DNA of 54,164 nt, filler included, from Basidioascus undulatus (lineage: Eukaryota): assembly GCA_000826855.1 (NCBI GenBank). It is 4 parts of 4 records of this genome, joined end to end, with 100 filler letters (N's around TTAATTAATTAA, not from the genome) between each part and the next. Parts side by side here need not be neighbours in the genome. Positions count along the whole stretch, not along the records: positions 40,736 to 54,164 come from JTLS01000813.1; 3 more parts are not named here. One strand, given 5' to 3'. Below the pieces are notes generated by a model, which was not told the origin of the DNA, did no database searches, and was given only the letters and a program-made list of their open reading frames with translations. Positions 40,812 to 53,277 of this stretch are shown one piece after another (within the stretch, counting starts at the first letter, position 1; every line of letters starts with the position of its first letter). Position numbers and translations under genes: made by a program.

Positions 40812-41277
40812 CGCCCCCCTCAGCCCCACCCCCAAACCCGAAAACTGCGTCTTCCAGCCGCTCCCCACCTCGCTCCTCGTGCCCGCGCAAGAGCGCGCCG
40901 GCCTCGAGCTGCTCGTGCGCAACCAAACCTCGCCGCTGTCGGACCTCCCTGCGCTGGGGGCCGCGCTCGAGCGCGTGCTCGAGATGCTCGACGACGTGCT
41001 CGGCTATGTGTCCGCCGTGGTGAAGGGCGAGAAGCAGGGCGACGCCGCGGTCGGGAGGGCGCTGATGGACGCTGTTGCAGGCGTGGGGAGCCGCTTTGGG
41101 AGGGAGGAGATGGAGAGGCTGTTTAATGGGCATGTGCAGGTGCGTTGGCTCTTTACCGGTCTCTCTCTCGCCCTTCGCTTACCCCCTCCCCCTCAGGACA
41201 CCCTCGCCGTCTCCTACCTCGCCTCCCTCGTTCGCACCCAAGTCGAGATCTCCTCCCGCCTCAACCTCCTCACCTAA
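40812..41277 (+). CDS. eIF3f: 3' exons of eukaryotic translation initiation factor 3 subunit F (MPN family)
   Basis: ENCVFQPLP...ERAGLELL...LERVLEMLDDVLGYVSAV...AAVGRALMD...LFNGHVQ|DTLAVSYLASLVRTQVEISSRL. The 5' part is lost at the contig edge. Confidence 0.85.
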
Positions 41278-41894
41278 ACCCCCTCTCCCTCCTTCCCCTT
41301 CCCCTCGCCCTCCTCCCTTCAATTCCCCTTCTTCACTCGCTTCCTTTTCTTTTCTTTATCTTGCTTTTTGCCGCGGGCTTTTTGGACTTTGTGCCACTTT
41401 GTACGGTAGGGACGCGTGGGCGAGAGAGGAGATGCTTTGCAAAAAGCGCGCGCGCGCGCGTGGGCCGGCGCCATACTTAGAGGGCGGCGTGCTGGGGCGC
41501 AGACATGCAGGCGGAATGTGTCTCGCATTGGCCGTGAGCGAGGATTGGCAGTGCTGCGGCGGAGAATGGGAACCGGCTGGAGACGCTTGCGCAACGCTTA
41601 TAACGAGCTGTAAGCTCGGTCTGTTTCTGTTCCAACTCGCACCAACTCGCAATACTCAGCTGTAGATGGCCGTTTACTGCGTGAAGCTCTTTCTGGCTGA
41701 GCGCACGACGCATTAATTTCCAGCATGTCCAAGCACCACACATTCAGCCTGTCGAGATCAGACAAGCGTAGACCATAAACAGCAACTATGTCCGTGAAGG
41801 TCGTTGTCGCTCGATTACATTATCGTAGAGTAAAGTTAAACGTGTCGAACAAAATCATACTTTAGTGACACTCGACAAAGCACAGCGTCCAGTC

Positions 41895-42420
41895 TCAAGC
41901 GTTCTCCTCCGCCTGCTTTCGTTCCTCCTGGAGCGCCTTATGTCCGTCCCTGCCCACCCGCCCACCTATCAGCTTCTTGCCCCTCCCCAGCACCTCCACT
42001 TACCGCTTCTCATCAAACTGAGACATCGGCCAATCCAACAGAATCCACTTCGCGGCCCTCGGCAATCTGACATACACCGCCGGCGGCAGCGGGAGTAGTA
42101 TACTAATCCTCTGCACGTAGTGCTTATGCGCGCGCCACGCCGCACCGTCGTCCCTATGATCGGAGAGGGGCGAGTAGGACAGTAGGTATTGCTTATTTGC
42201 GACGGGTTTTTGCGAGAGCGGGAGGCCGGAGAGGAAGAGGAGCAGGCAGGTTATGAAGCCGAGGGAGAGGATGGAGAACCAAAGGGCTTTCGTACCGGCT
42301 GAGGAAGAAGATTGCCGGATTGCCGGGGTGAGGGAGATGGGGGGGTGAGTGTGGGGAGGAAGGGGAGGCGGGAAAGGCACATACATGCGCCACCAGGTGA
42401 TTATCTCTGCGACTGAGGAT
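41895..42420 (-). pseudogene. 3' fragment of DUF1295 (steroid 5-alpha-reductase-like) membrane protein
   Basis: EIITWW, ITCLLLFLSGLPLSQKP, AWRAHKHYVQRISILLPLPP and LDWPMSQFDEKR|DGHKALQEE. The expected upstream exons (such as the SRHP.YFGE segment) are not recognisable. Confidence 0.55.
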
Positions 42421-43855
42421 GATGCTGGATGGAGGGGGCAGGGAGGGAGAGTGCGGGTAGGCCGCGCTGGAGAGGTGCGAGGAGCTGCTGGGGCCCGCGC
42501 TGGTGGGGAGGGTGGATAGGCAGAGCGAGGCGGGGGGGAGGAGGTGCTTCTGTCGAGGCAGGGAGGACGGAGTGAGTACACGATATGACGACTCGATACA
42601 TCGTTCGATGCCTGGCTTCTGCCCATCCAACACAAAATCCTCCCCATGCTCTCTACTCCCCCTTCCGAGAGAGAGAAGCAACACCCCACTCGCCGCATCC
42701 CATCTCCACACGCAAGGCGAACGTGAGGCTCGAACTTTGCTAGCGCCCTCGACCCACGGCACCGGATCCACCTCTCGTGCCTTGCTTCCCTCACTCCTCT
42801 TTCTCTCGTTCTCTTTCCGCAACATAAACGCACCTTCCGACCGCTCAACCAGCCCATGACCCACTCGCCCCGCACCGCACGCATCTCCGCCTGGGGCATG
42901 CGCCGCCCGACGCCGAGCGCATCGAACGACCTCCCTCGCTCGCGCTGCTGCCCCTCCCTCTCCCTCTCCACAGCCGCCGCCGGTGGGTCAAGCTCGATCT
43001 TCATACGAGGCTGCGCGCCCTGTATTGGATATGTGTGTGATATACAGTCGCAAATATGCCAGAAGAGGTGGGACGGAAGAGTGAATTGAGGAAAAGATGG
43101 TGGAGGAGGAGGATCGACCTTGCAGCGAGGCACTAGTTACCGTTAGCGCGCCGATTGCTGCAGCCTGCCCGATCGCACACAGTCGCTGCGACCATCGCCA
43201 GAGCTTATTTTCAACTTTGTCCGGCCGGATGCATTCGCAGGTCTGGCAAAAAGGAGGGAGATTTGCCGAGGCTGTACGTTTCACACCGTTTCGGATGGAT
43301 TCGACTCGTTTCGTGCGATCAACCCACCTGTCATGCGAGCAAAGACACAATTTGTCTTCTGGACGTGCTCCACAAACCTTTGCATGTATGGAAGAAGAAG
43401 CGTTGAGGATCGTCCATCCGATCGTCCATCCATCCCTGGCCTCCCAAGCTTCTGAATCGACCGAATGCATTACACTCGAGCGGTCGGGGGGTGGCCCACA
43501 CCTGTCACAGCCTGTCGTAGCTGAGCATAGAACACCCATAGCGAACAGCTAACCTACAGCAAAGGGTCAAGCATGCAAGCCACGCGATGCGGCCAATCAG
43601 CCACAGCCGCGTCCGTAGCAAATCGCACAAAACCGCAGTATAAGAAGAGGAAAATGCCTTGAAGCCCACCGCCACCCACCCCCTCCCACTCACTCTCCAA
43701 AACACACACAACAGCAACAACACATTTGCCATCCCATCCCATCCCCGTTCACCTCCGCATTCCATTCCCCCTTTTTTCTTCCCGACCAGACCAGCTTCCC
43801 GCCTCCCTCCTCTCTGCAAACCCGCAGCCGCGAACAGTGAGTCGGAGAGAGGAGA

Positions 43856-44972
43856 TCACTCTTCGCTGATGAGCGCGAGGATCATCCGGTAGAGGTAGTC
43901 TGTCCCGTCCCGGCGTGCGAGGTCAGTACGCGGATCATCCGGAGAGTACAGGCGGAAAGGGGAAGGCGGAGAAAGGAGTCGGAACGAAGGGGAAAGGGAG
44001 GGAAGAGGGGGAGATAAGGAAGGAGGGGAAGGAAGGGAGAAGGAAGGCGGGACGAACAGAAGAAGCAGACAAGGTAGAAGCCCAGCTTGATGAAGCACTC
44101 CTTCTTGTGCGCGGACAGTGTGCGGAAGATCTCGGTCGCGTCGTAGAGGTGCGTCTTGTTCATCACTCTGGTGGTTCCACCCACGCGCAACGTCAGTATA
44201 ATTTCCCACTTGTCGGGAGAAAGAGATGAAAGAAGGGGAGAAGAGGAAAGGGAGGATGAAGGGGGGGAGATGAGAGGGAATGGGGAAAGGGGAGGTGGGG
44301 ACGAGGAGAAGGACTAGGAGTAGGAGATGGGATGGGGGAGATAGGAAGTAAGGACGCAACTTGTTGACGTTGAACGCAAGCAGGGGCGCGTTGATGAGGA
44401 ACGCGATCCACTGGCCGGAGAGGAGGAAGAGCGTCGTGAGGAAGCCGTGGAAGGCGACTTCGGGGAGGACAAACTGTCGCCAAGTCCCCCATCCGAGTTC
44501 AGTCCTCGTTCTCGCATGTTTCGCCGCCTAAGACGCAAATGAAAGAGGAAAGGGAAGGAAAAAAAAAGAGGAAGGAGGAAGGGCGGAGGGGGAGAGGAAG
44601 ATGGCAAGGAGCGTTGGGAGAAGGGGGCGTGGGCGAAGGGGCGGAAGACGCACGTTGTTGAGCTTGTTGCACAAGTCTATGGGGTTGATGTAGTCGCACT
44701 CGAGGTCGGAGAACATGATGATCTGCACCCCAGGTTTCCACCGCACGACCACCCCGATTTCCTGATAAGCCACCACACCGCGGGCAGGGGGAGGGAGGAG
44801 GACGGGGGAAGACGCACAAAGAAGACCATGGTGAAGAGCAGTCCTGCCGCGGCGAGGACTGCGAAGAGGAAGAGCCAGCCTGTGCGTTCCACCCCACACA
44901 CAACCACATCAGCCATCTCTATCTTCCCAACAAGCAAACCGACGAAGGGAGCACCGGACCTTCACCGCCCAT
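43856..44972 (-). CDS. ERV14: Cornichon-family ER cargo receptor
   Basis: Spliced [13 protein letters not shown]...|[28 protein letters not shown]...|...[39 protein letters not shown]. Confidence 0.95.
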
Positions 44973-45438
44973 TGTGGATCGCTAGTCGTGTGCTGATTAG
45001 GGTGCGTGAGGGGGATCGTTCTGCGGACGAGATCCCAGAATCTCAGCGGTGGGTTCAGAAGAGAAGGAGAGTAGGTGCAGTGGGAAGGAGTGGGGAGAGG
45101 GTCGTACACGAAGGCGAAGGGACGCGGCGGGGCGAAGAGGCGGAGGAGGAGGAGGAGCAGAACGGTGCCGTTGACGAGGAGCGAGGAGCGCGGAGTCGAA
45201 GGGCGACGCGGCTGGCGCTCACCGCGGGAACGGGAAGGGAAGAGACCGCGGATAGGCGGGGAAGAGACGCGGTTGCACACACGTCTTGGGAATCGAGACT
45301 GTTTCTTTTCTTTCTTTCCTCTCCTCTCGCTGGACAAGCTTGATGCTCTCGCGACGCGCATTACTGACATTGTCAAACCCTCCTCCCATCCACTCACTGA
45401 CGGTTCTTGTTTGTCGCCGGAACAATCACGTTCGAAGC

Positions 45439-46288
45439 ATGTCCTCAACCGCCCCACCCGCCCCGGACCCAGCATCTTCCAACAACCCATCGAAGTCGAA
45501 ATCAAATTCGAAGTCCAAATCGAAGAAGTCCAAGCCGCTCCCGCTTACGATGCAGATAATCGTCAGGCGGGATTTGCTCGACGTCCGTTCCCTCCCCTCC
45601 CTCACATCCCCTTCCTTCCTCACATCCCATCGGGCCTGAGCAGAAAGAGCAATGGCCCCTCGGCGCACTATTGGCGCAAGCCGCACACGCCGCTACTGCC
45701 GTCCGTTTCTTCCACCCAGCTGCGGATGCTCGAGCCTGGAGGCTGACGGTGCGCGAGGACGCGGAGCCAGGTCCTCCAAACGACCAAGCACCGCCCCGAG
45801 ACGGCCGAGTACGTCGCGCCTGAAAACCTGCCTAATATGCGGAAGGTCCGCTTACTCTTCCTCTCTCATCCCCTATGTCCTCTTCCCCTCTCACAATGCT
45901 CCCCTCTCGGACAGGTCGTCCTCCAAGTACATACGTCTTCACCTCTCCCCTTGCGTCCACATGACCCGCCTGACTTTTCTTGACGATGGGGAAACAGACC
46001 CCTAACCTCCCCTCCCTCCTCTCCCTCTCCTCTGCACTCTCCGCACTCTCCCCTTCTTCCAACCCCAACCCCATAACCACTTCCTCCCCCTCCGACACTA
46101 CCACCTCTCCCACCACCGTCTCGTCCTCCTCCAACCCCGCCCCCACCCCGGAAATATCTGAACAGCCAGTGCCCCACCACCTCTGGATCGAGCACCCCGA
46201 AAACATCCCGACCGCGCTGGCGATCGCGCCGAACCGGAGTAGTGTGGTGAAGGAGCTGCTGAGGGAGAGGGGGTGCGTGTTCTTCTGA
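45439..46288 (+). CDS. PTH2-fold peptidyl-tRNA hydrolase, PTRHD1-like
   Basis: Spliced LTMQIIVRRDL|..WPLGALLAQAAHAATA|VL...NLPNMRK|VVLQ|...HHLWIEHPENIPTALAIAP. Confidence 0.88.
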
Positions 46289-46899
46289 GGCTGGACGGGG
46301 TGGCTGCGTTGGGGCATGACGGGGATGGGGGTGAAGGGGAAGGTGGACAGGTGGGACGGTGAAGGTGTTTGGAAGGTGCGATATGTGAGGAGCTAGGAGT
46401 GTGCGCGCTGGGTGGCTGCTCGTATCATAGATGGAAGAGCACGCCAGGATGGTGGGCTGTAGCCGGACAGCCCGCTTCCCAGGCTTGGGCCTCTGAGCTT
46501 GAGCAACCACGCTCGTGATTTACTTGCTCTTAGAACGGGACCGAAACAGCCAGACAGCGCAAGAAACAGTGACATTCGTGCAGAGCCACCCCGTGGTCTA
46601 TGAAGTTCCACTTCCGACTTCGGTGATTCCAGGTGCCCCGGAGTAGCCGGGTTTCATTTATTCATGCGCAAACAGCATACTTTTTGCCAGCCCGGGGTGT
46701 TGATAGCATAGGAAGTGCACCTGGTTCAACATGGGTGGCGGCACCGAGGTAGCAATATCGCTGTGTAACAGTGCATCCAGAAGGTTACAGCGTATGCTCA
46801 AGTTCTTTAGAGATACCAAAATCTGAAAAAAAAAGTGACTCAGACGGCCCAATTCGACGTGCCACTAACGATCAACGACCGCCGCAACCTTCTCGGACA

Positions 46900-48040
46900 G
46901 ATCCTCGACGTCAAGCCAGGGCGACCTCACTTGCTTCTTCTACACCGCATCATCCACTGTTGCACCCACATTCCACATCTTTCAACGCACGTCGCGCTCT
47001 CGCCTTTTCCGCGAGCTCTACGGCCACGATGGCTTCTTCAGGGTGGCCTGCGCCAAGCTGGACTCGGTCTTGCCGTGAATCGCCTCAATGGGAAGGAGGG
47101 TGACATTCCCGACTGGAGGGCGCTGGCTGCGGCCGTCGTAATGCGTTCGGCTGTCTGCGACCTCGGGCACTGCAGTGAGTTGCTGGACAAGCTAGGCAAC
47201 ATTTGTAAGGGATTCATTCCCAATAGACAATTCGAGCTCCCGGAAGACTTACCAGCAGTTTGAATTACCGTTTTCTCTCCGGGACCCTCGCTCCAACAGC
47301 GGTCATCAAGCTGGAAGCTGCTCGCTCCGGCAAGCCATGCTCGACTCTTATGCGATGTAAGGCATCGGCCAGTACCAGTAATACAGTCCCGCCGACGCAA
47401 AATTATTCCTCCATGAGGACGAGCACGGCACTCTCGAGTACTTAATTCCGCTCATCGACCACATCACCGCCGCCTCGCGCTTCGTGACCTACCCGCCTGT
47501 TTCGTCGCTCATGATCCACACACACGGCGGGAGCCAGACCATATATAACAACATCGGTATCACCTGTGCGGATATTCTTCAAGGGCTGTGCGACATGTGC
47601 CTGGGCGTGTGGTGCCCGGCGCGCTTTAGATTCTCACCGCCTGGGCGCGTACGCAACAGGTGTGGTCGCCCCCTGACGGCAACTGAACGTGCGGTCTATC
47701 TCGAGGAGATGGTTGGCTCCGAGCTGGATGAGCGGCCGCATATCAAGAGCAAGACCGCCGCCCAGGCAGGCACTGAGCTCGAGCTCCAGGCCATCCGCGC
47801 CGACCGCGAACACAAGGTCCAGGACACTGTTCGTCGCTGGCGGTCTCCCCCCACCGTGAGTAGATCAATGGCTGACCGGTGCTACTAATAACAGAGATGT
47901 ATACGCCCCCATTGAATGTTGGGAATGCGCTGCTTGCTTTCGACTCATTATCGGCTGCGTGCGCTTCACATGTTGTCCGAGGAGATCGATCCAGACTCGC
48001 TCATAACACTATGCTATTTCCTTTACGTTCTTGAAGATTA
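46900..48040 (+). pseudogene. F-box-like pseudogene, paralogue of 28846-29380
   Basis: HIPHLSTHVALS, frameshift to FRELYGHDGFFRVACAKL, back to DWRALAAAVV..CDLGHCSELL, later TYPPV..IYNNIGIT. Stops and frameshifts are present. Ends approximate. Confidence 0.6.
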
Positions 48041-48920
48041 GTCCGCTTTACTAGACGGCCCTTAGAAACCAGAAGCTCCACCATGCACACGCAATTGCTT
48101 GATGCACGACAAAACCTTGCAGAGCATTTCTAAGGTGTACATTTGTATATGCGTGTGTGTGTTGGGGGGGAAGGGGATGGGGACGTATTCCCAGGCGTTT
48201 TGAAACGTATCAACCCTCTGGTTTCCGGTCAATCAGGCGGAGGCGCAGCTCTCGTAAGCGTCCCACACACGCTTCACGCACAGCCAAGTTTCCGCCTGTT
48301 CCCTCAACCCGAACCTGCAGTCTTGCACACTTCTTTTCGTTGGCTTACAGGATGGGTCCTGGGGATTACCACTAGTAAAACTCCAGGAAAAATAAGTCTG
48401 TCATCTTCAAGCCTATCGCAATTGCGAGAATTCCAGCGGCCAGTCTTCGCAACAAACGGGCTCACTCATCGACTCGCAGTTGCCCAGTTTTGGGATTATC
48501 TCGAGATTCAAAGACTGATATTGAATATTAAATATGCATTTCCAGGGGAGGGTATTATGTATTAGTGTAGAAAGACCTCCCGGGTTTAATTCGCACCTCC
48601 TTCAGTATTCAGCTTGGGTGGCCGTGGTCGAGGCAACACGCCTGGTACAACAGCACAGCTTCGCTACGGAAACAGGGCAAAAATACATCGACAAGGCGGA
48701 GATTTGGAGGAGTGGAGGCTCTGTATACGTACTTACTTGTGTCGTCTGTCTGGGATTTGTGTACGCGTTGCGTGAGGCGTGTGTACGGTGGAGGTGGACT
48801 GGCATCGCGATCGCCAGAAACACCCATTAACTCAATCAGTCAAGCGTGGTTGTCTTCCCACCACATTTCCATTCTCCTTGACCATCCCAACGCAACCACT
48901 GACCACTCCCACCAATCCAC

Positions 48921-50365
48921 CATGGTCGCGATCCTCGTCCTCGGCTAAGTGCATCGCAGCTCGATCAACATCCGCGCTATGACTGACGTCTTCAAACAGC
49001 GCAACCGGCTTCATCGGCTTCCCCGCTGCGCACGCGCTCGTCCATGCGGGCCACACCGTCTATGGCCTCGCGCGGACTCAGGAGAAGGCGGATAAGCTCG
49101 CTGCTGAAGAAAGTGCGTCCTCCTGCTGTCCGTCCTCCTCCCCATCCCCGTTCCGCTCGCTAAGGCTTCCCACGCGTAGTCATCCTGTTCTTGGGGACGT
49201 CGAGAAGCTTGGGGAGATCATCACATCGTTCGTTTCCACGCTGGAAAGAAATCCAGAGCGCGTGGAATAGCTGAGGATGAATGGGGTCGCGCGCCAGATC
49301 GACAAGGTCGACGCGGTCATCGACGCGGTCGGCGGAGGTTCCGAAGGGAAGACGGCGAAAGCGAAGTCGTGCAGGGGGCGGGGAAGCGGCCGAAGGGCGC
49401 GCCGAAGCTGACGCTTGTATGGAGGATTGCTTGATTTCTCAGAAGAAGAGGACCGTCAACCTTATGGGATTGGGGCTGAGGCAGGGTGCACGGCGACGAC
49501 AGAGAGAACCTCGTCTCGGACTACACGCCGCTTCGGAACCCTATCAAGCTAGTGCGCTTTCCCTTTCCTCTCTGTATCCTCCCACACTCCTTCTAACCAG
49601 AGCGGGACCACAGACTGCGTGGCGTCTCCCCGTCGAGGACGCAGGTACACTCTCCCATTCCGACTGCCAAGGAAATAGTAATTGACTGGGTCAAAGTTGT
49701 TCGCAGTCATCTACTCTGATGCAGTGAACGGCATCGTCATCCTCCCCGCGCTCTTATATGGTCCTTCTGCGTCTATCCTCAACTTCCTCTTCAAGCAGGC
49801 GAATGAGGGGAAGATCGAGTGGCCGGGCACGCCGGGCGGGCAGTGGGCGCTGAGTGCGTATTACGTTTCTCCTCCTTTTCAATGCCACTGCGCCTCGAGC
49901 CTCCAGGGGTCTGACCTCTGTTGTACAATGCAGTCCACCAAGACCCTGGCCGACTTGTACGTGCGCGCGATCGAGAAAGCGCAGATCGCAGCGGGTCAAG
50001 CTTTCGTGCGTATCCTCTCCCCGGTCCACAACCTCGTCCCTTCTCACCCCCCTTCTCGCTTAAAATTCCCAGGACCCCGCAAATGACTTTACCGAGTGCG
50101 TGGACGATTTGCTCTCCCCCCTCGTGCGGCAGGCGAGCTTCAGCGGATATAAGTACAAGGAGGTCGAACCGTAAGCACCCGTTTCCGGGACTCTCGGACT
50201 CCCCAGTCACTGATAGCGGGAACCAAAAGCCTTTGAGGAAGCCATCCAGACGACCTATCTCATCAGCCCGTTCTCGGACGCGCCCTCCTCGGCTGGCAGC
50301 CGCGCGAGATCGGGCTTGTCGAGGGGCTGCCGACTTACTAGGCGGCTTGGAAGGCGTCGCTTTAG
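48921..50365 (+). pseudogene. NAD(P)-dependent epimerase/dehydratase (extended SDR) pseudogene
   Basis: MVAILVLG|ATGFIG Rossmann motif, PALLYG, LADLY and LLGWQP. Lesions: first donor reads CTAAGT instead of GTAAGT, the YTSG segment is missing, a frameshift near 49940, a frameshift near 50270, and an in-frame TAG at 50339-50341. Confidence 0.85.
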
Positions 50366-51452
50366 CTGGGGATGGGTCCGTGGTGAGGGGGTTACGTTAT
50401 GGTAATTTTTGCTGAGCTGGCACAGCCACGGAAGCTCCAGCTGTGAAAGGCACCAACAGGAGTTGTCGTAACCATTCAGACTGTGCAACCGCTGGAGGAA
50501 ACAAGTCCCCCTTCCACAGTGAAATCTGCAGAGGTTTCTGAAGTACTGGGAAGAACAGACAATGTTCTCCATGCGCATCAGCCACTAGAGAGCAACTTCA
50601 CAGGCATCCAGGGCGTTGGGTTTTCAGAATGCGTACTACAATACGGCCGACGTCGGAGCAAGCTTCGAAGCTTCAAACAGAGGATGCTGCCTATGCTCTT
50701 CCCAGGCAACATATCCCACTGCTCGAATCCCCCATTCTTCTGGTCATGACTCGGATCTTGCAGTCCGTGGCAGAGACCAGTCCTCCCTGCGACCTATCCC
50801 CGGCGGCTCGTGTTCCAGAACCCAAGGCAAGGCGCAATGATCATATCCCGAACAGGCAATCACCCAAAGCAGTTAATGGCAGTGTTCGCTTTCTGACGAC
50901 CGAGGGAAAGTAAAGGCACTTTTTCCCCCTGTACAACAGCAGACTGCATGTTGGTTTTCGATGGCGAATGTGGTTCAATACCCGCGCACGGGGAACGCAC
51001 GGGCCGCGTCGACGCTGCAGGGACCGACGGCGTCAAACGGCGTCTTCTCGGCGACGGGAACGTCTTCTCGTCTTCTCTCTTCGCTCCTTCGTTTGTTCAT
51101 GGCTCAGGTTGCAGGCGTACTTTTCTGCATCCAGTCTGTGGAAAATTTAATCAAATATTAAAAAGAACCGGGTGCTCTGTGCTCTTGCAAGTGTTTGCGC
51201 TTTGCAGGCACTTGGTTCGTGGTCCACGTTTAATTTAATGAAACGCCAACTAAGGCGTGTGCATGCGTCCCCGCTCCCGCTTGCTGCTCTGCACGCTCAA
51301 CATCTCCTCCACCCTCCACCATCTCCTCCTCCTTTTCACAAGCGGCCTGAGGGTCGTCGGGGGCGTGCACGGTCGACTTATCGCAGGGCGTTCAACATTA
51401 AGCACACTAATAATCGACTGTAACACTATCACCCCCCTCGATCCCGCCCTCG

Positions 51453-53277
51453 ATGTACCCGTCCTCTCCGCCCGACGAGCGGCCGCTGCCCTCCCTCCCG
51501 ACGCGCCAGTCCTCCTTGCGGCAGCCCGCACCCGATCCTCCTCTCTCCCCGCCGCCGTCCATCCGCCGCCGCCCCAAGCACACGAACCCGTTTGCGATCC
51601 CTCTCCCGCAGGGTTACATTCCCGAGCGGGGGTCGTCGCTCGCCGAGCCCGTCCCGCCGCCCACGCCGCCCGTCCTCCCCCCGCCGCGCGCGTCCAGCTT
51701 GCGCCCGAGCGTCGAGCAGGCCAAGGGCGCCAGAGGCGGCGGGGGGATCTGGCAGCGCGTGTTCCCGAGTAGCCGGAGCAACGGGAGCCTGTGGGGGTGG
51801 AGCCAGGCGCAGGCTCGCCGGGACGGGTCCACGTCCGGCACTACTACCGTCGGGGAGGGCGGCATCCCCATCCCCGCGCGCGGGAGCTCCAGGCAGGGTG
51901 GGGCTGCGGGGGCGCGGGCGGGGGATGTGGGCAGCGAGCGGAGCGGGAGCTGGGTCGGCGTCGAGCGGGGGAACGGCGTCGTCAAGGGCAGTCTCGCGCT
52001 CTCTCCGCAGCCGCAGCGCTCGCCCGACCGCGCGTCACCCCAGAAGAGGCGCGACGCTTCCCTCTTCAGCGGTGGGGGCTCCTGGTTCTCTAGTCGGAGC
52101 GGGCGCGGCTGGGGCGGCGGGAGGAAGGCGCAGGGGCAGCAGGGGCAGGGGCAGGGGCAGGGACCGAGGAGGGAGAGCGCAAGCGAGTCGGCCGCAATGG
52201 ATTTTGCGCCCCCCCCTCCGAAGGTCCCCGCGCGGGGGAGCTCGTTTGCCATAGCGGAGGGTCCACCGACGTTACCACCCGTGTTGAATGCGACGGAACA
52301 CTGGGTGCTAGCCAGTGCGTTTCTCTCCTTGCATCCCTTCTACCCCTTTTCCTTTCCTCCATCTCCCTTTCCCCTTTCCCTGTTGCCTTTCGTCAGACTC
52401 CAGCTCGCTGACCACCCCCCAAGCAGCCCAGCAAGAAGACCTCCTCGAAGTGTCCGAGCCGCCATCCATCTCCTCCCTGCGCGACCGGCGCTCCTCCCGC
52501 TCGCGTTCACGCTCCTTCTCTCCACCCGCGCCCAATTCCCTCGTCTCCAACCCCTCTGCCGACGCTCCCCGACCGCGCACGAAGAGCCAGAGCACCGCGT
52601 TCTACTCCGTAGAAGCCACAGCTACAGGTGGGACAAGCGCTCTGGAAGGGGGGGGAATGGGAAGGGAGGTGATGGTGGCGAAAGACAGGCTGACGAGACG
52701 CCCGCGTGGGCGGGGAGGACGAGCAGAGGCGGAAATGCTTGCTGCGGAGGTGCGCGCGGACATGCGGAGACGCGAGACGCTCGAGGAGGTCGTGAGGGAA
52801 GGTGCGGCAGCGGCAGCGTTCTCTTCCTGTCTCTTGCTGCTTTTCGTCTTACTGATACTCCGTGTCCCTTCTGAAACGGAATCAGAGCTCCCCCCCACGC
52901 CCGAATCCACGCCCCCGCCAGGCGCAAATTCCGCGCACACACCGCTCTATCCTGCTCCCGAATACACGCCAGGTCCGCCTCACTTTCCCCGTGTCTTCTT
53001 CCCTACTCATACACGACTCATCTCTAACTCCCCACCCTATTCTGCTACAGCCGCCGCCCCCGCACGCGCAGCAAAAGGGATCGACGCAGAGCTGAAGTGG
53101 ATGGATGTGAATGCTACGCCCGCACCAGCGCGGGCGCCGGCGCAGGCGGAGGGAGCGATGGAGGTCGACGCGTCGTCGTTGTCGTCGTCGTCGTCGAAGG
53201 AGGAGGAGGATGAAGAAGAGGAGGAGGATGGAGGGCACGATTCGATGATGCGCAGGCGGATGGAGAGGTGGATGTGA
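51453..53277 (+). CDS. Hypothetical Pro/Ser/Gly-rich protein
   Basis: Long GC3-rich open frames (51453 onward and 52315-53277) that can be joined through a GTGCGT..CAG intron near 52315-52425. Further introns are possible. Many PxxP motifs and an acidic tail. Confidence 0.55.

Noticed and set aside
41446..41460. (GC)n run and other short microsatellites (26231 GAAGCGGAC x3, about 52129-52161 GCAGGG tract)
   Set aside because: Ordinary simple repeats, mostly encoding low-complexity peptide.
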